The notes beneath the pieces are model-generated. The model did not search any database, was not told the origin of the DNA, and saw only the letters and a program-made list of their open reading frames with translations. A stretch of DNA of 64,000 nucleotides from Lepidodermella squamata (Eukaryota; Animalia; Gastrotricha): positions 620,001 to 684,000 of the forward strand of contig JBLDXI010000029.1 of the NCBI GenBank assembly GCA_047495785.1, in the 5' to 3' direction. This document shows positions 53,878 through 64,000 of this stretch, piece by piece. Position 1 is the first letter of the stretch. Each line of letters begins with the position of its first letter. The position numbers and the translations under genes were made by a program.

Positions 53878-55278
53878 ATGAAGTTTGTTTTACCGTTACT
53901 CTTAGCTTGTTCCGCTCTCACGTCGCTAGCGGCAGCTGACTGCGTCTGCCCCTGCAGTGCTAAGAACTGCGAGTGTTTCAAGTGTTTGAAAGAAGAGGGA
54001 ATAAAGCCAGGATGGCCAGACGAGTGCGGCAATTGGTGCGAGCTGTCGTACGATTTCACCCCGAAACACCCTATCACAGCCACTCGGCCTGATTTCACTC
54101 CGTCAAAACCCCCTGGAGTGACGACGCCGAAAGGACAAGTTTGGTGGCCGAAATGCCCGAATTTCCAATCTCAAACAAAGAGCGTTTCCATCATGGGCCA
54201 CGAGCCGCTGGTTTTTACCGGGGACTGCATCAAGTCCTGCGATGCGGAAGTCACTTGCACTTTCAAAGACCCGGTTCAGGGGCTAGTGAAAGTGTCAGGA
54301 AGAGTTGAAGCACCGCTATTCGCCGCATCTCCCCGCGCCATCTGCTACGCTCCGTTTTTGTATAGCCTCGAACCGGTTTTCTTAACAGTCGATATTCGGC
54401 TGAAGACGGGCGAAGGCTATAGGCAAGAACTGTTCGTGCCAGTCGACCGCTCGGCGCCGCTTGTTACTGTCGTACACGACTATGGCTCGCCTTATATGAA
54501 CTTGAAAATCGACGATTTTACACCAATCGCCCTGACACCTCTGGTCTCGAAAATTGATGTCGCGCTTGTTTGGTTCAACCCAGAGTCACGAATTTTCGAC
54601 GAATTGCCAGAGAAACTAGCCAAAGATGTTGATTTCACACCTGGACGGAAGTTTAAAATCGCGTTACCTTCCCTTGATCAGTTGACGCAGCAAAAAGCGC
54701 TCTTCGCAAGTTCCTATGTCGCAATCGCTGTGAAGCCAGCCGGCTTGAGTAATAGTCTAGAACATGCATTCCGAAATGACACCCCTACATATCCTGCTGC
54801 ATTTTCTCCGTTCATCCCAACGCTGTCGCTCTACGAAAGCTTGCGGGACGAGTTCACCAATGGCGTCTGTAAAGCTTGGTTCCAGTACACGAAAAAGGTT
54901 TCGCCGCCTGTCTCTTGCGCCACTGATTTCGCCGGCGTTAATGGTACCCTATTCTCGAGCAAGAGAACCGACATGTATTCCAGCGTTTACTCGCAGGCCA
55001 CTTACGGAAAGCAGCGGACTGCTAATCGGGTGGAAACTTCCTCGCCTCAAGGCTATCATGGTTACGGCCAAGAATGCTACTATGACCGATCGACAGGCCG
55101 CCTGGTTGATGATATCAATAAAGGAGCCGGCACGGCTGATTTCGTAAGCGCATTTGCTGATGAACGCGAGCATTTCTTCATGGATGAAGTTCCGTGGTTT
55201 GCATGCTGCTGGCGTCGCGAAGAGGTGTCAGATTCGCATACGTGCAAGCTGTACTATGATGCTCGTAAATCCGGTTGA
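53878..55278 (+). CDS. Intronless secreted 466-aa protein with a Cys-rich N-terminus, IPT/TIG-like region and C-terminal AMOP-like domain
   Basis: Signal peptide MKFVLPLLLACSALTSLAAA; VTCTF...SGRV......AICYAPF; AMOP-like CKAW, GQECYYD..G.L, GTAD, HFFMDEVPWFACCW and CKLYY.AR. Confidence 0.8.
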   Translation: MKFVLPLLLACSALTSLAAADCVCPCSAKNCECFKCLKEEGIKPGWPDECGNWCELSYDFTPKHPITATRPDFTPSKPPGVTTPKGQVWWPKCPNFQSQTKSVSIMGHEPLVFTGDCIKSCDAEVTCTFKDPVQGLVKVSGRVEAPLFAASPRAICYAPFLYSLEPVFLTVDIRLKTGEGYRQELFVPVDRSAPLVTVVHDYGSPYMNLKIDDFTPIALTPLVSKIDVALVWFNPESRIFDELPEKLAKDVDFTPGRKFKIALPSLDQLTQQKALFASSYVAIAVKPAGLSNSLEHAFRNDTPTYPAAFSPFIPTLSLYESLRDEFTNGVCKAWFQYTKKVSPPVSCATDFAGVNGTLFSSKRTDMYSSVYSQATYGKQRTANRVETSSPQGYHGYGQECYYDRSTGRLVDDINKGAGTADFVSAFADEREHFFMDEVPWFACCWRREEVSDSHTCKLYYDARKSG

Positions 55279-55534
55279 TTAGTCGCTGATACTTATACTC
55301 CCCAATAAACCAGAAGAAGGACTGTTTTGATTGTTTTGAATCTTTTGTTGAGTTCATCAAACATGGTAATTGCAGAAAAATGAAAATGAATCATATATCT
55401 AACTAATGAATATTGGATGATTTCAAATTGATTAGTAAAATTCTGGCAAATAACTACTGTTCCGATTTAGACTTTCCGCAAATCCGAGAGGAAGTGTGAT
55501 CAGCTCCCCTCGAAAAATAAGCGATAAGAATTAA

Positions 55535-56470
55535 AGTATGCGGCATAATTTTTTTTAAACTTTAAAACCAAACAGTTTTCTTATTTCCGGGAATATTTTG
55601 ACAAAACTTATATCAATTTGTAGCCCTGGTTTTAGGAATTTTTCCGCAGGTGGAATTTTTGAAAACGGACGAGGGAGTCGATAGTAATCGTTAAAAGAAG
55701 GAATTGCAATCGCGCCCAAAAAATCCAATTTTCGACTATTTTTCGAAACCATATTCAGCATACACCGCCAACGGCCTAATCATGAGCCCGATTCCGTTAG
55801 AAAGCTGATGGCCTCACGAGTCTCTTGAGACCAAACATTCAACAATCCAACTCTCCTAACCGGAACTAGTGCGGTTCTAGTGCGCGATAACAGATTTTTC
55901 TAGTGATTTTTACGGTACATCAAGATTGCGCAATCGCGGAATTTCCGCTAGAATGCACATTTTTGCGTTTCAAAGTAAAGGAATGAGTAAAAATATGATA
56001 TTTCAACACTGAAAGCTCATTATTTTCCAGCCAGAACAAAAATAGCTATGAATTTAGGCAAAAAATCATAGTGCTTCTCGCGCTAAAAAAGTTTGTTTTT
56101 GCGATATGCGCGTTTGATGATATCACGCGATTCTCGTATGTTTGTTTCAAAAAACTCCAACGGCCAATTAATCTACCATTGCAGAGCTACATTTCGATAT
56201 AAAGTTTGCCATAAGATTCTTCGAAATAAGAAAACTGCAGCTTGCTGAAATTCGTCATAAAAACAAATGTTCAAAAATGCAATCTTTCCGAAAACATGCA
56301 GTTCACACTTTTAACGATTTCTATTGACTCCCTCGTCCGTTTTCAAAAATTTTACCTGCAGAAAAATCCCTAAAACCTGGGCTACCAATTGATAAAAGGT
56401 TTGTTGAAATATTCCCTGAAACAAAAAAGCTGCTGAGTTTTAAAGTTTAAAAAAAATTATGCCGCTTACT
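55535..56470. mobile_element. Non-autonomous DNA transposon with about 175-bp TIRs, Kolobok-like
   Basis: The left arm AGTATGCGGCATAATTTTTTT..TTTTGAAAACGGACGAGGGAGTC is mirrored by GACTCCCTCGTCCGTTTTCAAAA..AAAAATTATGCCGCTTACT. Flanks are TTAA and TTAT, termini AG...CT, no transposase ORF. Confidence 0.8.
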
Positions 56471-58477
56471 TTATTGTTACCACGCAAGGATGGCGGTTGA
56501 TGAAGCACTCTTCATAATCCCAGTATTTTCCCTTCGCCCTTGTCTATTCGCCTATTATGCCAGTTTATTTCTCATGGTTGTTGAATTCAGGAATAAAAAT
56601 GTATATAAAAATTGTGATAATTCTTCGAATTTCATGGCCCAGGATCCGATAGGTTTGCATCAAAAGTAAGGGATATGGTGGGGCAGGGCACTGACTAAAC
56701 GACTCGACGATGAGACCATGATTCAACGCAGTGGCTAGTCCGACTAGCAACCAGGAGAGCTGAACTGGCTGCACAGCCCTTCTTCGGAACATCCAAAACT
56801 CTGGCTCCTAGCTATGACGACGACAATTGGAAAGAGCCTTTTTGGTAAGACTCATTACCCAGCAGCAGCCCATTCAGCAACAAGACGTTCAGCTTCCAGT
56901 CGTTCAAATCCGCTCTGACGTCCCTCAACACGCCACGCCACAGTACGTCCAGCCCGTAAAGAAGCAGCCACCGGCTCCGGACAACAAGCCGCCCCGGCGT
57001 CTGGTGCCTGTTATATACCTGCATGGCTCAGTCTCTGCAGTACGATCTGCAAGCCCGATCAGCGAGTCCAATTTTTTCAGCGCCATCAGTTCGTTCCATT
57101 ATCGCAATTGACTCAGCAGGCAATTGTTTTCCTATTCATCATACACTGGCAGGAGAACAGCTTGATTCCCTCTAAACGTAGCAGGAATCGGAACGAAACC
57201 CAGCTTTGATGCTGGTCTAAAATTCGAGCACTTCAAACTTCTAAGAACCGCATCGTTGTGTGATTCAGCACTAACTTTCGACCCCTAGTACTTGCATACA
57301 ATTCCAGGTTTCCTCTCTGCAGAGCTAAAATCTGCCTTGGTCAGCCGGATAGAGTCTGGAAATGGTCTGGAAGCTGGAAGAATACCTGAAAACATCCTAA
57401 AAATCTTTACTCACTCAACGGAAAAAACAGAATTGACATTCTTTCTACTGATTCTGTAGCATAAACTTATTACATATATTGAGCTATCAATAGAAGTTCG
57501 TGTTTCATTATTGCAATAAAGGATGAGAGTTCGTTAAATTGGAATATATTTCTTCTTGGCTCGGAACAACATTTTTTATTTGAATTTTGATCATCTGACG
57601 CCGTTTGGAATTGAATTTGGCTATTTCAATTAAACAGAAGCAAGTGTTCTCGTGTATTCTGCATCTCAACAAATCGATTGGTTAAGAATCACACATTTTC
57701 AGGGAGTGGAATGGAGTGAAAAGTCGCAATCAACGGTAAACAACTGTTACGAACAAGGTCGAATAATATGGCTTTAAATAGAGAACGCATCGATACGCGC
57801 AATGCCAGATGTGCGCCGGACGTTTTATGCTATCAAGTACAGCCGTATATAGCGTATATGGCGTATATAGAGAAGAAAGCGGTTATGCGCGCTCATCTCA
57901 AGATCCGCGAATATGGGGGGCGCGGATCGATTCCAGCCGATTTCCGATGTAACATGCGACAGCTTGATATCATTCCAATTAAAAAATAAATAATTAAAGA
58001 TAATATAAAACATTTTGCTACTCAAATTATAATATTTTATTTTTATTAGCAACAACCTTGACAGCTGGCGTACTTCGATACGATACGCGCGACCATTTCT
58101 CGTGTAAACCGGTGATGACTCCGTGCGCTCTGCGTTCTAATTGAGGAGTGTTTAGTTGAATGCTATTTTTAGTCTTATTCATATTTGCATTGAAAGGACA
58201 TCGTAATTTATCTATTTTTATATTTTTGATGTTCCATTTTTTGCCACACAATGTCTCCATTAGGCGTCTCACGTCACAATGTTTCAGAGTCGTTTAGCCT
58301 CATTTAGCAGCTTTTGGCCCTTAGTGTCCTATGCTGAAGTTGTTCTTGTGAAGTGATAAGCAGTATTTTCATCCTAATTAAACCGATGAAATGATATGAA
58401 AAAGAAATTGTGCAATGAGAAGGTCGTTTCGCCCATCAATTAGGTGGTTTTTCGCATTTTGAATCAGTCATCCTGAC

Positions 58478-61400
58478 ATGGCTGATAATATAGCCGCAGA
58501 ACTCGACGTCAATGATCGGCGAGTTGAATTTCTGGCCGAATTCACATTGCGTACTCTCAAGCTCAAGAGCGATAAATTTATCAAGCTTTACGGAACTGAT
58601 GAAGGAAAGCTGCAAGTGCTTGAGTTTTTGGAGAAGGTCGAGAACAACCTTCTAATCTTTCAAATGAATTCTGTTGGAACTCTTCAAATCCTGAAAGAGT
58701 GGCCTGGAGTTCAAAAATTTAAAGGCGTATTCTTCATGAAACGACGAGAAGGTATACCGAAAGAATCGACTAAAGATCAAATTCGAGCTTCTCTTCTGTT
58801 CGGTGATCTTTCGCAATTCCCGATTGATCAAATAGCCGGAGTGATCGACAATGTATTTGTTCCTGTCCTTCTCAATCCAAAGAACACCGAAAAGTGGCCT
58901 TCTGTAGTTATTCAAGACCTCCGCCGTCATGTGAGTAATTTGAAGAACAACATCTATGTTGTCTCTGGTCAAGTGAAGGGAAAGACCCTGTTGCCGATGC
59001 CGCCTTCGGCCGAGGACATCGACGATGATGTTGTGAAGTAAGATTTTGCCTTTGCTCTAATATCTAAAAGTCCACTCTTCGGTCATTAGTGGCGACTTGC
59101 GCGAACAGCAAGCGCTTGTCCACGCTGTTGAAACTGTAGTCATTGCGTGGAGCAACCAAATAAGAGATGTTTTGAGCCGTGATTCGTCTCAGCCTCTTTT
59201 GGATGGACTCAATCCGACTCCTTATGTGGAGATCGACTTCTGGACTGCTAAAGCTCAAAATCTGGACAGCATTTGTAACCAGGTGCGTCCTCTGAGTCTA
59301 AACTTGGCTCTTTTTATTCAAAATTACTGTGGATTTTCTTTAAATTAATACCTTATGCAGCTGAAATCTCCGAGATGTACTAAAATGATGGCTCTACTTG
59401 AAAGAGCTAACAGTTGCTACTATCCTGCGTTCATGAATATCTTACGAGATGTCACCAATGGTTTGTATAGCAGCTATTATGTTTAATGATTAAGTTCCAC
59501 TCACTTCGTTAATTTGAGTTAACTAGCTTCAATCCTATTACTATGTGTCTAATCTGTGTTAATTTGTTTTAGCGCTCGTGGAGGCTCAAGAGATCACAAT
59601 TTTCTTGAAAGCCATGAAAGATACCTTGATGGAGCTAGAGAACGCTGAATTCGACAGCTGCCAGCACCAAATGACTGCGACGATGCACGTTGTTTGCCTT
59701 CTCTGGGCTAACTGTATCTACTATCAAACACCAGCCCGAATCATCGTATTCCTTCAAGAGCTAGCAAATATGGTCATCCAAATGGCCCGCAAATTCCTAG
59801 ATCCATCTGAAATTTTCAAAGGCGAATTGGAGGAAACTATCCCGAAAGTCAAACGCTGCTACGACAATCTCGCGTTTTTCTTGAAAGACTTCAACGACCA
59901 CAAACGAATGATTAGCTCGTACTTTCGCGACAAAAGCATACCTGCGAAAGAGTGGAAATTCGCCCCTACTCTAGTTTTCGCGCGTTACGAGCGTTTCATG
60001 CAGCGAATTCGAACTGTTTTAGACATCCTTGAAACAGCAGTCGACTTTTTCCGTCTCGAAAAGGTCGAAGTCGGTGGGGCGAAGGGGCAAGCGCTGAGCT
60101 TGACCCTCATGAAAGTCCACAAGGACTTCAGCGATCGTTTCAAAGTCCTCACTGAGATTCAATACGACTTCTTCGACCCTGAGGAGAAGGAATTCGCCGA
60201 GGAGGCCGCGTCTTTCGAAGAATTTATTAAACACCTCGACTTCCAAATCGCAGCTATCCTACGCCAAGCCCTCGACGATTGCTCCAGCCTGGAAGCTGCG
60301 ATTAAATTCATCGAATTATTTTCGGTTATCGTCGAGCGGCGGCCGAGAATTGCGGCTGATTTAGAGTCGCGTTATGGCATATTACTGACCATGTTCTCGG
60401 CTGAATTAGACGCAGCTAGGCGGGCTATTACAGACCAAACGGCTCGAATCGATGGCAAACAACAAACGTTGCTTCATGCTAACATGGCGCCCGTTTCCGG
60501 CATCATAAAATGGGCTCAAGAATGGCGGCATCGCATTTCTCACCCGCTGCATTTCCTCGAAACTTACGACACCCCGTAAGTATTATTTTATCATTTGTCT
60601 CAATTTTTTTGAAATTTCCAATTATTTGCAAGACCCGTTTTACGGTAAGAGCGTGAGCTGAAGATTTTTTGCGGTTCTCTTGATGTGCTTTCCCCCTTTT
60701 TGACTGATTGTCAATGCGATTGAGCTGAAAAATTAACTCTTTTTTCTGTATTTGTTAAAGATTGCAAAAAACTGAAGACTATGCGTTGATTAAGAAGCGA
60801 CATGCCGATATTTTGGCCATGTTAGCTGCGATTGAAACGCAATCGCTCAGCGATTGGGCCAGCCACGTGGATCACAGCTGTCAGTTCAACATGTCTCAGC
60901 CGTTGATCAAACGATCGGCTGATAAAATGCGAATTTCCGTCAATTTCGACCCGCAATTGATAGCTATTCTGAAAGAGGTCAAATATTTGCAAATTTTGAG
61001 CCTGGGCAAGGATATTCCACCATCGGCCGCTCAGTTGTTTGAGAAAACTGAGAATTTGCGCAAATATCGACTGACGCTGGACAACGCGACAAGATGGTAC
61101 AACGACATTCAGCGGACTGTGCTTGAAGTCGAGGCGCCGTTGATTCGCGATCAGTTAAATGCGCTGGATACTCATTTGGAAGAAGGCTGTTCGACAAAAA
61201 AATGGGATTCGCCAGGTAAAAAATACACATTTTTTCATGATTTTCATTTTTCTTACAATATTTTGAATTGAAATTGGACATTTTTAAATTTTAAATTTTA
61301 AATTTCAGCGCGAAATTAAATTGATTTTTTCAATTTTCAATTTTAAATCTGAAATGATCTTTTTCAGGATTTTGGTTTTTTTCGCATTTAATCAAATTTC

Positions 61401-64000
61401 CTCAGTTTTTAGCTCAATTACAGCGAACTAAATTGGGATTTTTGTACCCGAAAATGTTTGTTATTATTTTTGCCCGCATTCTGATTATTTTCCGTATTTA
61501 AGCCTTGACCAGCCAGGCCTGAGAAAATAACTGCTGTAAAGGAAATAAATAATTAACGCGCGTTGCTAAGGAAAACACGCATCTCAGTTGCTAAGGACGC
61601 TGCTATCCTAATGATCGATTATCGCTCATATAAATCAATAATCACTTGATTGTTATTTATTTCCTCGTTGTAACAGACGCATGGGAGTACATCCAGAAAA
61701 CACGCGACCAGGTTCAAGATCTATCAACACGACTACAAAAGGCGAAGTTCAATGTTGAAAAAATTGAAAGTGAACTAACAACATGGAGCAAAGACCCGTT
61801 GTTCTTCCGAAAGGAAACAAAAGTCGGCTCACTTCTCAACATCGAAGACCGCGATTCGTTGATTAAAAAACGGTACGAAGAGCTGCGGGGTGTTGGCGAT
61901 CGGATTGTCGGCCTTGTCGCCGAAAATCTCAACCATTTCCGCGCGAAAATTGACTCGAATGAATGGAAAAGCTATCTGAGCTTTCTCGATCGTAAAGTCG
62001 CTAAAATTTTCTGCCACGTTGTCGAATGTAGCTTGAAGTACGTCCTGGAAAACATGGCTGATAACGCGTCGACCCAGCCGTTATTCCGAGCCCAGTTGGA
62101 CCTGCAGGGGAATGAGCCGATTTTCAAGCCTGCGATCCGGAAAGATAAGCCCGGCAGTTTGCTGGCTGTTGTTGAAAATTTGTTGAGTGATATTTTCAAT
62201 CAAACTTCGCTGATGCCGAGAATCATCGATTTAGACCAGCCTGAGATGCTGGTTCGGAAAACGCCGTCGAAAATTAACACGAAAAAAGGCGAAAATGGGG
62301 AGGAGACTGCGTCGTTAGGCGGCAGCAGCCGGCCCGCCTCTCAGGCCTCGAGCCAACAAAAACCGGGTTATCTCTCAGAAATGGAGACCACCCCGTCGTT
62401 GGCTAGTTATCGAAGATCGATAATCAATCGAATTGACGTGGCGCTGAGTTCGGTTGAGGCGTTTCGCGAGTCGCTGGACTCGTATGCCCCGTTGTGGACC
62501 GAAGACCGGCAGGAGTCGTTGAATAAATTTTTGAAGGGCGTTGAAATTTCAACGCCTCAGGGTTCGACGTCGGACGCTGGGGTTGTCGAGCGGAAGCTGC
62601 CGACGCTGAAAGATTTCAAGGAGCAGATTGATTACTATGAGAAACTGTTCGTCGAGGCTGAGAAGATGGAGGGTACTCAGACTTTCAATCGGTGGCTGCG
62701 GCTGGATTTGAGGCCGTTCAGGCAGGCTCTGTTGAATACGATCAAGCGGTGGAGTTTGATCTATAAGCAGCATTTGATCAACCACACGACGAATACGCTG
62801 GCTGAGTTGTCGCAATTCATTCAAATGGCCGATGCTGGGCTGGCGAAACAGCCGCAGGAGGGCGATTTACAGGTACGCAAGCTCAATATTGGCATGGGTA
62901 TCGAAAATTAAAAAGAAATCGTTACAATTTTAGATTTTAGATTGTAAGACTGATATCAATAGATTCTCTATGGTTTTCGGTTTTCACTATGGTATTTTGC
63001 CGGAAAATTTTCCGATTTCTCCAAGTCGGAAGATGAGTGATAATTTCACTAATTTTGACTGTTGCTATTTTTCCGATTTTTTCTGACAAAATTTGAATGA
63101 TTTTTAGCGGGACCAAATTTTCTGGTGTAGAACGTGGAACCGAATTTCGCAACGGCACCTAGCGTTAACTATTTAAAAACGCCGTTCTTAAATTAATTTT
63201 CAAAACATGTTAACGTCGTGATTTGAAAGCGATGACCAAGCCTTATACTGAAAATCACGGACAATTTTACGATAATGAATTCTCATTTTTATAAATCTTG
63301 AAATTTCAGAAAATTCACAAAACTCATTTTTACCGAATTAATTATTTAAAATTCGGCTCCGATAAAATAAGGCCATTTAAATTAATTTTACTGAAGCCAA
63401 TTCATCGATGAATCAATAGATGGTGTTGAAACTTGCTGTCTGGGAATCTCGATGCAACTCCAATAATTTTGCAAATTCAAAAGTTTAATCCAGCCCATCT
63501 CAAATACATTGAATCTTAGCGTTCTGAATTCGGTTTTTGTTGAATTTTAATTTAATTCAATGATGTATCGAGGATCAAGAAACTCATAATAATCCGATTT
63601 TTAAAGGCCGATGAATTTTATGATTTTGCTCGTAAAAATAATTGCAATGCTCCAATTCTGGTGTAATTAGCCGAAAAGTTTAAACGTTTATTTATGACAC
63701 CAGTGCATTGATTTTCCTATGAATATTTATTCAGGGCCTGGTTCAAGTCATGGGCCACTTGATGGCGATCCGCGATCGTCAACAATCAGCCGAAGACCTA
63801 TTCGAACCGCTGCGCCAGACCGTCGACTTGTTGAAATCCTACGACCAAGAAGTGTCCGAGGACGTGCTGAAACTGCTACAAGAACTGCCTGAAAAGTGGA
63901 ACAACACGCGCAAAGTTTCCATTCAAATGAAGCAAATCGTCGCGCCGCTACAGGCGCTGGAAGTCGCTAACATCCGGCGCAAAGTCGCAGCATTCGACGT
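58478..64000 (+). CDS. Axonemal outer-arm dynein heavy chain, beta type (DNAH9/11/17-like), N-terminal tail; runs off the window
   Basis: DRRVEFLAEFTLRTLKLKSDK, VSGQVKGKTLLPMP, VIAWSNQIRDVL, EIDFW, YYQTPARIIVFLQE, VNFDPQL, IKRWS..YKQHL, VMGHL, FEPL. At least 7 exons. Confidence 0.93.
61562..61600. promoter_or_regulatory. Tandem RFX X-boxes inside a dynein intron
   Basis: GTTGCTAAGGAAAAC at 61562 and GTTGCTAAGGACGC at 61587. Confidence 0.6.

Overview
Gene-dense eukaryotic DNA, most likely from an invertebrate animal with motile cilia (inference; species not identifiable). Most GT-AG introns are about 45-60 nt, and intergenic DNA is AT-rich with small DNA-transposon relics. From 1 to 23 kb lies a Kunitz/BPTI cluster. 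It contains a 5'-truncated giant gene interleaving Kunitz domains with an 8-Cys module, apparently ending in three alternative 3' blocks. It also contains four intact paralogs plus one relic of a secreted extra-cysteine double-Kunitz protein, another two-Kunitz gene, an embedded IP6K-type kinase and an orphan PxDLS gene. From 23.6 to 41 kb are tRNA-Gly, a polo-like kinase with no polo-box and tRNA-Val, then a block of sHSP / rearranged beta-tubulin copy / alpha-tubulin / beta-tubulin / sHSP. The intact beta-tubulin has a remodelled colchicine pocket. From 42 to 64 kb are a small membrane protein, a large LamG-type receptor, a head-to-head PLAC8 pair, a C2H2 zinc-finger gene, an aldo-keto reductase, an intronless AMOP protein, a Kolobok-like element and the 5' part of an outer-arm axonemal dynein heavy chain. 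All gene models were spliced by eye and all family calls come from motif recognition; no searches were run.
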